NCBI GenBank assembly: GCA_038227875.1
Contig: JBBRPR010000011.1
Coordinates: forward strand, 32,001-96,000
Source: Planctomycetota bacterium
GTDB taxonomy: Bacteria; Planctomycetota; SZUA-567; H5-PLA8
Direction: 5' to 3'
DNA length: 64,000 nucleotides
Part shown: positions 44,981-53,940 of the stretch, in pieces
Layout: every line of letters starts with the position of its first letter
How positions within the stretch are numbered: the first letter of the stretch is position 1
The notes under the pieces: model-generated
Told to the model about the DNA's origin: nothing
The model's database searches: none
What the model saw: only the letters and a program-made list of their open reading frames with translations
Program-made: the position numbers and the translations under genes

Positions 44981-45511
44981 CTACAGCCGCGGTTTGCGCA
45001 GCGGCTTGTCGGTGTCGCCGGGATCGAGATCCGGCGGGCCTTCGCCCGGCTCGCCGGCATCGCTGTCCTTCTTTTTCGGCGCGCCTTTTTCGCCCCACAT
45101 CAGGCGCATCATCACGGGGTATTCTTCGTCGACAGCAGTCAGCAGACAATACAGGCAGCGGCGGAAACCTTCGTAGCTGATGTCCGAATCGTTCACCGGC
45201 ACGTCGATCTCCGCGCGCACTTCTCCGTCGGCGGGGTCGTAGCCGAATTTCAACAGGATGTACTGCATGTTCAGTTCCATCAGCCGCTCGAGAATGCGCG
45301 ACTTGTCCTGAACCTTGCTCAGGTTGAGATAATTCGGAACGATAAAGCGGACGCGCTGCTTCTCACTGTCGTAAAGCACCATCGCGCGGTACGTGGCGTG
45401 ATCGCCGCGGAAGCCCGTGCGAATGCAGGATCCTTCCGAGTCCAGATCGTAACGCCATTCATCGCGGTCGAGGTAGCGGGCGAGTGTGTCGAGTGTGACC
45501 AGAGTACTCAT
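44981..45511 (-). CDS. YbjN-like (T3SS-chaperone fold) protein
   Basis: LMELN...KFGYDPADGEVRAEID pattern. Confidence 0.7.
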   Translation of the reverse strand: MSTLVTLDTLARYLDRDEWRYDLDSEGSCIRTGFRGDHATYRAMVLYDSEKQRVRFIVPNYLNLSKVQDKSRILERLMELNMQYILLKFGYDPADGEVRAEIDVPVNDSDISYEGFRRCLYCLLTAVDEEYPVMMRLMWGEKGAPKKKDSDAGEPGEGPPDLDPGDTDKPLRKPRL

Positions 45512-45590
45512 GCAGTCGTAGCTTGCCTATAGAGGGCGGTGCTAGAAACTGGACGGCAGGCCGGGTGTGGCCTGCCTGACTGCCGGAATT

Positions 45591-45666
45591 TGGTGGAGGT
45601 GATGGGAGTTGAACCCACGACCTCTGCATTGCGAACGCAGCGCTCTCCCAACTGAGCTACACCCCC
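45591..45666 (-). tRNA. tRNA-Ala(CGC)
   Basis: GGGGGTGTAGCTCAGTTGGGAGAGCGCTGCGTT-CGC-AATGCAGAGGTCGTGGGTTCAACTCCCATCACCTCCACCA; G3:U70 identity pair, encoded CCA. Confidence 0.97.
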
Positions 45667-45760
45667 AATTTAAGGCCCGCGTATCTTGGCATTGATGTGC
45701 GGAATGTCAAACGTCGATTCAAGTTTGAACACGCAAACAAGACGTCTGTCTGAAAATTTT

Positions 45761-46852
45761 TCACGGACGCAAACCAAAATGCCGCTGACGGTCGATGAGT
45801 TCGCCGTATTTCTTCACGATCTCTTCGATTGTCGCCTTGTCTTCGGGGAGATACTGCTGCATCCGCGCGTAGGCCTCGTCCGCTTTTTTCTGTTCCTGAG
45901 CGGCGTACGCAAAATTTCCCTGCCGCGAGCCTTCCTGCGCGTGCGTGGCATACGTATAGATCTGCTGCTGCATGCAACCGCGCAGTAATTCCGGAACGGT
46001 CTGGTCCCAGGTCATGTCCCGTTCCTTGTTGCGGCGCAAAAGCTCCACGTACCAGGCCTCCGTGCCGCCGTCGGACCATTTCTTCCATTCGCTGACCGGC
46101 TTGTTGTCTTTTGCGTACCACATGCCAAGGTGCTCAAGGCACTGCCCATAAATGCGTTCCGTGCGCAGCGGATTTTTCTCCGTCTGGGTCGCGATCGATT
46201 TCCAGAAAAAATACGCCGCGAAACGGTAGTTCTCGTCCTTGCGCGCGTGCCCGGGCACCCATTTCCCCGGCTTGCTGAACGCCGACTCGATCTGCTCGTC
46301 GGTCAGCTCGTCGATGTTCGGCAGCTCGCGGTCGCGAACGTCGCGGCAGTTTTCAATCTTCTGGTCGCTGAGCCGGTCGAAGTACTGGTAGCCGAGCTCA
46401 AACCATAGATTGTAATTCTGGCGGGTGCGCTCCAGTCCGTTCTCCAGTGTGGCCAGCCCGGAGCGGATCCAATACCACTTGTCTTCACAATTCTCGGCGT
46501 GAATGGAAATATTATACGACATGTTGTACGCCTGAAACGCGTGGACATGCGTGAACGTCGGCTGCAGCTTCTGGATCAGATCGCAGAGCAGCTTCAGTTC
46601 GTAGTAGTGCGAACTGTCCTGCTGCGTCTGCGCCTTAAACCAGAGCACGTCGGCCAGCAGTCCGCGGAATCCGCCCAGCGCCAGGAAGCCGACTTCCAGC
46701 GAATCCTTGTCCTCGGAATTCATCCACGACAGTTTCGATTCGATGCGCCGCTCTTCGACGTGGTGCTGCATGAAGCCTGCGCCGATCAGGGCCACGATGC
46801 CCACGGCGATCGCCGCCATCGGGAAACTCGGAGCCCCGCTGCGTGCGCTCAT
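45761..46852 (-). CDS. ABC-operon-associated hypothetical protein, N-terminal anchor
   Basis: LGGFRGLLADVLW, LQPTF..V..FQAYNMSYNIS, WIRSG..LENGL; overlaps permease stop. Confidence 0.75.
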   Translation of the reverse strand: MSARSGAPSFPMAAIAVGIVALIGAGFMQHHVEERRIESKLSWMNSEDKDSLEVGFLALGGFRGLLADVLWFKAQTQQDSSHYYELKLLCDLIQKLQPTFTHVHAFQAYNMSYNISIHAENCEDKWYWIRSGLATLENGLERTRQNYNLWFELGYQYFDRLSDQKIENCRDVRDRELPNIDELTDEQIESAFSKPGKWVPGHARKDENYRFAAYFFWKSIATQTEKNPLRTERIYGQCLEHLGMWYAKDNKPVSEWKKWSDGGTEAWYVELLRRNKERDMTWDQTVPELLRGCMQQQIYTYATHAQEGSRQGNFAYAAQEQKKADEAYARMQQYLPEDKATIEEIVKKYGELIDRQRHFGLRP

Positions 46853-48282
46853 TTGCCCACCTCGCGTTGCTGAAATGAAATCACTCCCGGCAGCGCCCAG
46901 CCCAGGCCCCGCACCACGCCCATCCAGAGCGCCGCGTGTGCCAGCGTGAAGGCGGAAAGAAAATGCCCGTCAATGAACGCGGAGGGCCCGCCGGCCGTGC
47001 GAAAATCCGGCAGCACCTTCAAGAGCGTTCCAATCACGCTCATCACCGTTTGCATCATGCTCTCACTGGCCGCAGCAGCCGCGGCGGCATTGAGCTGATC
47101 GGGACGCGGCGCGCTGTTTTGCAGCAGGCTCAGCGCCTGGCGGGACATTTCTCCGCCCAGCACCAGCAGCAGGCCCAGTGCGACGGTGACCGGAAAGGAG
47201 AGCACGCCCGACCACCCGGTCGTGATCATCGCCAGAATCCAGCCCTGCAGCGCCAGCAGGAAGCACGACTTCGTCAGGTTCGCGACGGCCCCGTCGGCGG
47301 CGTAGCCCAACGCCAGACCATGCGCGCGCGAGACCAGCACTGTGCACTTGAAACCTTCCTTGGTCGACGGCCCCAGCGTCACCTGCAAACTCCCCTGCTC
47401 TTTCAATTGGGAATTGAGCACATACAGATCGAAGGCATGATCCTGCTGCGCGAAAAAATGTCTGTCGATCAGCGGCGTCTCGTTCGGATAGCCCACGCGC
47501 AACAGCATGTCGGGAATTTGCGGCGAGAAGGTCAGATTGGACGTCAGTTGAAAGCGCAGCTGCAACGCCTCGCCGCGCAACCGGGCGCGATTGACATCGA
47601 AGACGAAGGTGCGTGTCTCGCTGGGTTTGATGAAGACGAAGGAATTGGCCTTGTCGCTGAACTCCGCCGGGCCTTCGTAGGTCCGGGTGATCAGCGCATT
47701 GCGCCGCAGATCGTCCCACGTGCCGGAATCCACCAGCGCCGACGCGCGGCGGTTTTCCGCGCGCTGCGGCACCGCGCGCACAAGAATTCCAGCGAACAAC
47801 GTCAGGACCACCGCGAACACCACCTGCACGCCCCAGAACCCCAGCGCTTTACCCAGCAGAATGGTCCAGCGCGGCACGGGCTTGGTGCCCAGCGTGTACA
47901 TGATGCGCGATTCAATTTCACGCGAGACGGAAAGCGCGGAAAGCAGCACGATCAGCGATGCGCCGAGTACTTCGCCGGTCGAAAAACAGGTGTCGATGAT
48001 CAGCCGCGCGCGTCCGGCGTGCGTGCCATCCGCATCAGAGAGAAACGCCATGATCCCCGCGACGCCCGCCAGCGCGAACATCATCCACAGCACGTTCTGG
48101 CGCAGACCTTCGCGGAAACCAAGCACCGCCAGCGCGTAAACCTGTCGCACCAGCCGCCGCCCTTTGCCGCCCGGCCAGACCATCGTGACCACGATCACGC
48201 CGATGACGAACCAGACCAGCATCAACGCCGAATTGCGGGAGTCATCCAGAGTGGCAACGAGTTTCGACAGAAATTCCGGCAT
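46849..48282 (-). CDS. ABC-2 type permease subunit
   Basis: SREIESRIMYTLGTKPVPRWTILLGKALG; multiple TM segments. Confidence 0.85.
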   Translation of the reverse strand: MPEFLSKLVATLDDSRNSALMLVWFVIGVIVVTMVWPGGKGRRLVRQVYALAVLGFREGLRQNVLWMMFALAGVAGIMAFLSDADGTHAGRARLIIDTCFSTGEVLGASLIVLLSALSVSREIESRIMYTLGTKPVPRWTILLGKALGFWGVQVVFAVVLTLFAGILVRAVPQRAENRRASALVDSGTWDDLRRNALITRTYEGPAEFSDKANSFVFIKPSETRTFVFDVNRARLRGEALQLRFQLTSNLTFSPQIPDMLLRVGYPNETPLIDRHFFAQQDHAFDLYVLNSQLKEQGSLQVTLGPSTKEGFKCTVLVSRAHGLALGYAADGAVANLTKSCFLLALQGWILAMITTGWSGVLSFPVTVALGLLLVLGGEMSRQALSLLQNSAPRPDQLNAAAAAAASESMMQTVMSVIGTLLKVLPDFRTAGGPSAFIDGHFLSAFTLAHAALWMGVVRGLGWALPGVISFQQREVGK

Positions 48283-48301
48283 CGATGCGCGTCTGCTCCG
48301 C

Positions 48302-49189
48302 TCAGTTGCTCTTGCCGCGTTCGCGTTCAACCACGCGCAGGAACAACGTCTCCAGCCGCTCGCGGCGCCGGTGCGCGCCCAGCACGTTGCCGCCCCGTTT
48401 TTCCGCTTCGCTGCGCACGGCCGCGAGCGCTTCGGGCCCAAGATCCTTCACGGAGATCTCCGTCACGTCGCCCATCTCGAGCAGATCGTTGACACGGCCC
48501 TCCAATTGCAGCCGGCCGCGGTAGAGCATCGCCACGCGGTCGCAGACGTCTTCCACATCGCCCAGCAGATGCGACGAGAGCAGCACGGTCTTGCCTTGCT
48601 TCTTCAAGTCCAGGATCAGGTCCTTGATTTCGCGGGAACCGATCGGATCCATGCCGCTGGTCGGTTCGTCGAGCAGGATTAATTCCGGATCGTTGATCAG
48701 GCACTGCGCCAGACCGACGCGGCGCACCATACCCTTGGAATATTCCTTGAGCGGCCGCTTGCGCGCGTGAACCAGACCGACCCGCTCGATCAGTTCCGCG
48801 GCACGTTTGCGGCGAACGTCGCCGGGCAGATCGAACAGCCGGCCGTAAAAGTCGAGCGTCTCTTCGGCGTTCAGGTAGCGGTGGAGGTACGACTCTTCGG
48901 GCAGGTAGCCAATCTTCTGCTTGGTATAAATGTCCTGCGGATCTGCGCCGAGCACCCGGACGGTTCCGGCGGTCGGAAAAATCAGGCCGAGAATCAATTT
49001 GATCGTCGTCGTCTTGCCCGCGCCATTGGGTCCCAGCAGCCCGAAGACTTCGCCGCGGCGGACTTCCATGGTCAGGTTGTCGAGCGAGCGGACCGTCGGA
49101 CGACCCCACAAATCGGTGAAGTCCTTGGTCAAGCCCGAGCACGACAGAATGGTTTCTGCAACAGGTTCAGGTGTTGTCATGGCAGCCAA
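48302..49189 (-). CDS. ABC transporter ATP-binding subunit
   Basis: GPNGAGKTT, YSKGM, LLDEPTSG, SSHLL. Confidence 0.95.
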   Translation of the reverse strand: MAAMTTPEPVAETILSCSGLTKDFTDLWGRPTVRSLDNLTMEVRRGEVFGLLGPNGAGKTTTIKLILGLIFPTAGTVRVLGADPQDIYTKQKIGYLPEESYLHRYLNAEETLDFYGRLFDLPGDVRRKRAAELIERVGLVHARKRPLKEYSKGMVRRVGLAQCLINDPELILLDEPTSGMDPIGSREIKDLILDLKKQGKTVLLSSHLLGDVEDVCDRVAMLYRGRLQLEGRVNDLLEMGDVTEISVKDLGPEALAAVRSEAEKRGGNVLGAHRRRERLETLFLRVVERERGKSN

Positions 49190-49465
49190 AGGATACGAAC
49201 TCCGAAAAAAACAACCACGTTAAAACCTTGCGTCATCATACCCTTACGAACTTCCATGGAAGAGAGTTCGTCACATTCTTGAATTCCTCACGACGCCCCC
49301 ACTTGACGTTTGCGATTGTGCGCTTAGAAATTGGTTCAGCAGCCCGGTGAATAATGTCAATTCTGCCCAGTTTCTCCGTGAAACACCTGGCAGCAAAGGC
49401 GTTTCGCGGCGTAGGCCCAAGGTTTATCAACGGGCAGCCAGGCTCCGCAAAAACAAGAGGTTACC

Positions 49466-49978
49466 GTGGCCACACAGCCAGTACCGACACCCAGCGCCGA
49501 AGATTACGACAAGCTGATCAAGGACATTAACCATCGCGTATGGGAAGTCCGCCGTAACGCCTGCGAAGAGCTGGGGAATTCCGGTGATGCCCGCGCCGTG
49601 CCGCACCTGATTCGCCTGCTCAGCGATGGCGTCGGCGCTGTCCGCTTCGCCGCCGCCGAGTCACTCGGCAAGATCGGCGATAAGTCCGCCGTCTCCGCGC
49701 TGATCGCCCTGCTCGACAATCCGCAATTCGGCTCCTACGGTCCGGTGATCGAAAGTCTCGCCAGCTTGAAAGCACAGGAAGCGATTCCCTTCTTCATCCG
49801 CTTCCTTCGCGACCACGACCCGCGCGTCCGCGGCCTGGCCGCCAACGCCTTGATGGTCATGACCCGCCAGTTCATCGGTTTCAAAGCCAAAGGCTCCGAA
49901 GAAGAACGCAACGCCTCCATCGTCCAGTGGGAAGCGTGGTGGGAAAAGAATCAGCACTCCATGACGCCGCCAGGCTGA
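49466..49978 (+). CDS. HEAT-repeat protein
   Basis: VRRNACEELG, AVPHLIRLLSD..VRFAAAESLG; GTG after AGAGG. Confidence 0.85.
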   Translation: MATQPVPTPSAEDYDKLIKDINHRVWEVRRNACEELGNSGDARAVPHLIRLLSDGVGAVRFAAAESLGKIGDKSAVSALIALLDNPQFGSYGPVIESLASLKAQEAIPFFIRFLRDHDPRVRGLAANALMVMTRQFIGFKAKGSEEERNASIVQWEAWWEKNQHSMTPPG

Positions 49979-49981
49979 ATG

Positions 49982-50179
49982 GCATTGCGGATTTCGGATT
50001 GCGGATTAGCGAAGGCTGCGCTCCTGCTTTGCCAAAATGAATTCGAGATCGAAGGCAGCCGCCACAGATTTCTTCTGGGCGACGTAAAAAATCCGTCTCA
50101 GATTTCGTAGTCCTTGATTTCAGCTTCGGCGATGCGGACCGATATGCTTAGCTAATCCGCAATCCGCAATCCGCAATGC
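49982..50179. repeat. GCGGATT-array-bounded inverted-repeat element, copy 1
   Basis: gcattgcggatttcggattgcggattagc ... gctaatccgcaatccgcaatccgcaatgc; homologous to 57384-57609. Confidence 0.85.
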
Positions 50180-50181
50180 AG

Positions 50182-51060
50182 TTACTTCACCGTCGCCCGC
50201 TTCGGATCACTATTCGTCCACGCAGAGTACCACAGATCCAGCGTCAGCTTCGCGCCGGCGCGGGTGCGTTCGACCATCAGTTCGCGTCCGGCTTCCGGAT
50301 CGCGATCGAATGCGCCGTTGGCGTCGAGCTTGTAGCATTCGTCGACGTGCGTGTGTGAGGTCTTGATTGCGTCGACGATCAGCGGCCAGGCGTTGATCAC
50401 ATCTTTCGCTGCGAGACCGTCGGCGATTTTCTCGGCGGTGATGCCGTTCTTTTCCGGATACGCGTCGATGCGGCCGTGAATTCCCTTTTGCTCAACGGCT
50501 CCGCCGGCCAGATTGCGGCCGTCGTAATCTTTGGTGGTGTGCAGCGGCATCGCGCAGTCTTCGCTGTAGTGGGCCATCCATCCCGCGTAGACGATGATGC
50601 GCTTCTTGGTTATCTCCGATTCCGGATCGTTGCGGTAATCGCGGAAGGCGAGCAGCAGCCGTTCGTAGCCTTCAATCATCGCGTACGGCAGTGTGCCAGC
50701 CTTGGTCGGGTCGATGTCCTTCGAGAAATAAAATTTCAGCAGATCGTAACGCTGCGCGGGGATGGGCGCGTCACCGAGGTATTCCAAGTCAATGAAATGC
50801 TCCGGCTGCTCGGTCGAGCGCAGGTGCGACGTGGTGACGTTCTTCCAGTTGTCCGGATCGACACAGACTTCCGCCAATTCCTTGCCGGCATCGCGGAAAA
50901 ATTTCGGCACGTCTTCCGGCAATTTGGACGCGGCTGCGAGCGTGCATAGTTTATGCCCGCCCGCCCACCACGCCTGCGACCGCGCCGCGAAAACGCCCGC
51001 GACGATCAGCAAGGCGAGCCCCACAACTGCACCACGCATAAGAATTATTCCGTAGCGCAT
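50182..51060 (-). CDS. S1/P1 nuclease / Zn-dependent phospholipase C-like exported protein
   Basis: Signal peptide then W.AGGH, HFIDLE, GTLPY, AHYSED..MPLHTT..YDG, GIH. Confidence 0.85.
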   Translation of the reverse strand: MRYGIILMRGAVVGLALLIVAGVFAARSQAWWAGGHKLCTLAAASKLPEDVPKFFRDAGKELAEVCVDPDNWKNVTTSHLRSTEQPEHFIDLEYLGDAPIPAQRYDLLKFYFSKDIDPTKAGTLPYAMIEGYERLLLAFRDYRNDPESEITKKRIIVYAGWMAHYSEDCAMPLHTTKDYDGRNLAGGAVEQKGIHGRIDAYPEKNGITAEKIADGLAAKDVINAWPLIVDAIKTSHTHVDECYKLDANGAFDRDPEAGRELMVERTRAGAKLTLDLWYSAWTNSDPKRATVK

Positions 51061-51100
51061 AGTCATCTCCAAACTCAATTCAAAACTCAAAACTACCCTA

Positions 51101-51880
51101 CTACCTCTTCCCTGTCGCCAGGTTGTGCTGCGTCAGGAAATCGTAGCTGTCGCGCACCGCCCGGACCATGTCCGTCGCGCAAAGATCCAGTTCGACGATG
51201 TTCCATTCCACCGACGCGTATTCACCCGCGCGGATGGCCGAGGGAATGTCGATGCGTCCCTGTCCCGCCGCCACCATCGGCGCACCGCGGTTGGCTTTGT
51301 CGGCCGGGCCGTCCTTGATGTGGAGCAGCGTGACGCGGCGCGCGTAGCGCTGGATCACGTCGGCCGGAACCGCGCCGCCGAGCGTCGCCCAGTAAATGTC
51401 CAGCTCCAGTTCCAGGCCGGGCGTGTTGTCGTAGAAGTATTCCGCCACGCCTGGAACCTGAAATTCCCATTCGTGATTGTGGTAGGCGACCTTCAGGTCC
51501 TGCGATTTGAAGAACGAGACTGCGTCGTTGGCCTTGTCCACCGCCGCCTTCGCTGCGTCGATCGAGGCAAATTCGTTCCGTCCAAATCCGGAAACGATGC
51601 GGGTAAGCCCCAATTCCTTCGCGTCTTCGACGATCTTTGCGCGCGCATTGACATCAAAGGCGCCGACGTGGGCCGCGCAGATTTTCATGCCGAGTTCATC
51701 GATCTGAATTTTGAATTCCCGCGCCGTCTTGCCGAAGAAACTGCCGCCGGTTTCAACGCCTGCAAAACCCGCTGCCGCAATCGCCTGCAAGGTGCCGATG
51801 GAATCGGTCTTGCACGCTTCGCGCACGGTATAGAGCTGAACGCCAATGGGACGCGGTGGAAGTGTGGACATGAAATGCAT
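51101..51880 (-). CDS. Sugar phosphate isomerase/epimerase (TIM barrel)
   Basis: IGVQLYTVRE, YHNHEWEF, ELDIYW, LHIKD, IVELD. Confidence 0.9.
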   Translation of the reverse strand: MHFMSTLPPRPIGVQLYTVREACKTDSIGTLQAIAAAGFAGVETGGSFFGKTAREFKIQIDELGMKICAAHVGAFDVNARAKIVEDAKELGLTRIVSGFGRNEFASIDAAKAAVDKANDAVSFFKSQDLKVAYHNHEWEFQVPGVAEYFYDNTPGLELELDIYWATLGGAVPADVIQRYARRVTLLHIKDGPADKANRGAPMVAAGQGRIDIPSAIRAGEYASVEWNIVELDLCATDMVRAVRDSYDFLTQHNLATGKR

Positions 51881-52021
51881 TACCTCTTAGTGGAAGTGGA
51901 AACGATGGATACAACACTGCGCAGAAGTATCGAGTGTGGAGATTGAGAGTCAAGTTGCGCCACAGCGACGAGAGACCCTGCTTGTAAGCAGTCCTTTGCG
52001 GCTTTGCGTGAAACAAGCGAA

Positions 52022-53026
52022 TTACTTCTTCGGCTCAACCACAGCTGGCGTTTCATCCGGGCCGGCCATCGGCGCTGTCGGCGAGGTGGATGTCGCCGGC
52101 GCTGAACCGACATCGAATGGCGACTTCACGTGCTCGCTCAATTCGACTTCCGCTGAGCCAATTGGAATCTCGACGTTCAATCGCAGTGGGATGCCGGTTT
52201 CGACATCGACGCAGACGACCATCGAACCTTTTTTCACGAACAGGCCTTTAAAAGGCGGGTCGGTGAGGATCTTGACGTACTTGCGGTTCTTCAGGTCGCC
52301 GAAATCGCCGGTCTGAATGCTGTCGAGAAACTTCATACGCGTAGCCCAGACGCGCCGGTCGGTGCAGATCGGCAGGTCGAGCGTGTCTTTGGCTTTGAAT
52401 TTCGTGAAATCGAGCGAGCGCAGATAATAGATCGCGGAGAGTGGATCGAGCACGTTGCCCTTAAGCGGAATCGTGTGCGATCGCCACTTGTCGTCGACCA
52501 GGCGGCGGCGCTCATAAGTCGCCTGCATGTTTTTGTAATCGTAATCGAAGTTGACGACCTCTTCGTCTTTAACGTCACCGTCCTTTTTGTCGAGATGGCA
52601 GAAGCGGCTGAATCCGCCGAGCACATCGATCTTCGACGTCGCGCGGTCGCGTACATCGTAAAAGAGCGAGATCGCATGGTTGGACTTGGTGTTGAGCGTC
52701 ACGATCCAGACGGACGGACTGCCGGGATTGGGCTCCATGGTATCCAGCTTCTGGACTTCCAGAGCCGCCTTGCCGGCCGGCATGCCGTTGACGCGGATGT
52801 CGTACACCAGCGATTCGCCGACGGTCAGCTTCAGCGCCGCTTTCGCCAATTCGGGGATGACTTCGGGCGTCTTATCCAGCTTGGTGTGATCGTTGTCGTC
52901 GCCGGGCGCCTTGGATCGCACAACTTCCGGAGTCGACTCGGCCCGCGCGAGCGTGGACAAACCGGCCACCAGCGGCAAGCCGCAAAGCACCAGTGCACGA
53001 ATCGCCGCGACCACCCGACTACTCAA
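52022..53026 (-). CDS. DUF3108-domain exported protein
   Basis: GESLVYDI..GMPAGKA, FYDVRD, LDPLSAIYYLRS, IPLRL.VEIPIGS. Confidence 0.75.
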   Translation of the reverse strand: MSSRVVAAIRALVLCGLPLVAGLSTLARAESTPEVVRSKAPGDDNDHTKLDKTPEVIPELAKAALKLTVGESLVYDIRVNGMPAGKAALEVQKLDTMEPNPGSPSVWIVTLNTKSNHAISLFYDVRDRATSKIDVLGGFSRFCHLDKKDGDVKDEEVVNFDYDYKNMQATYERRRLVDDKWRSHTIPLKGNVLDPLSAIYYLRSLDFTKFKAKDTLDLPICTDRRVWATRMKFLDSIQTGDFGDLKNRKYVKILTDPPFKGLFVKKGSMVVCVDVETGIPLRLNVEIPIGSAEVELSEHVKSPFDVGSAPATSTSPTAPMAGPDETPAVVEPKK

Positions 53027-53275
53027 CGTAAATGCCCTCTTTCTTTAAAGTTACACAGCCCACTACGGCGCCGCGCCACACGGACGAAACCGGCTTTCTT
53101 TGAATTCCCGAAGTATACGTTTTAAGGTAAAGACGTTCAAGAACTTAGGCACATTGTGCAAAATTTAAATAATTACATCGGAACGTGACACCTCATTGGT
53201 TTTTGGTGGTTGCAAATTTGCAACCACGATTTCACGCACAATGGAAGGTCGATCAAGCAGAATAAGATTGGCCGC

Positions 53276-53755
53276 TCACAACGAAAATGTCTTCCGAATC
53301 ATTCGGCTTACACGCGCCATCAACCGCGAGGACGCGAAGGTTACGCACTTCAAATCGTCGTGTTCCATCCAGCCGCCGTAACACACCAGGCAGCGTCGCA
53401 CCGTTGCGCCCGATCCGCGGCGGTCGTGAATCGCAACGAGCGAACCGGCGCAGCACGGGCATTCCCAGGTCGTTGATGCGGCGTCAGCATCCGGAGTTTG
53501 TCGCGGTTCCGGCCACGTTTGAGAACCGGCCGCGCGCATCGCGACGTCGGAATCCTTCTCGTAAAACCACGCACCGCCACAGCTGACGCAATGATGAAAT
53601 TCCACGTTGTCGATCATGCACAGAACCAGCGACGACGCCTGATCCTTCGATCCACAGCATTTCGGACACTGCAACCGCGCGGGGCGAAGGGCAGTGGTGG
53701 TGTTCATCGGGCGGAATGCCGACGTCGTGTTGGAAAGTGTGACAGGTTCGCTCAT
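53276..53755 (-). CDS. Protein with two TFIIB-type Zn-ribbon domains
   Basis: CPKC..CVSCGGAWF and CPCC..CLVCYGGWM; ATG 53755 after AAGG. Confidence 0.75.
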   Translation of the reverse strand: MSEPVTLSNTTSAFRPMNTTTALRPARLQCPKCCGSKDQASSLVLCMIDNVEFHHCVSCGGAWFYEKDSDVAMRAAGSQTWPEPRQTPDADAASTTWECPCCAGSLVAIHDRRGSGATVRRCLVCYGGWMEHDDLKCVTFASSRLMARVSRMIRKTFSL

Positions 53756-53883
53756 GGCTACCTTTCGCGGGAAGGATAAGCGGACGCCGCGCCAATCTGC
53801 GCACGTCCAAAAGCCGTTCATGAGTGGGTATCGTCAGATTAAGCCAGCGAGTTCAGGATTTCATAAATTGCCTGCATGCAAAG

Positions 53884-53912
53884 AAAAAGGGGGACGGCCA
53901 AAGCCGTCCCCC
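53884..53912 (-). terminator. Rho-independent terminator
   Basis: Stem gggggacggc/gccgtccccc, 4-nt loop, U-run on minus strand. Confidence 0.8.
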
Positions 53913-53940
53913 CTCTCTGCTTCCGTTAACTCTTGCGCCG

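Noticed and set aside
41895..45666. Possible genomic island at the tRNA-Ala 3' end
   Set aside because: No integrase, no visible direct repeat of the tRNA 3' end, host-like GC
46936..48492. 518-aa plus-strand ORF
   Set aside because: Antisense shadow of the ABC permease
49982..50179. GCGGATT arrays as a CRISPR array
   Set aside because: Tandem 7-mers without spacers; no cas genes
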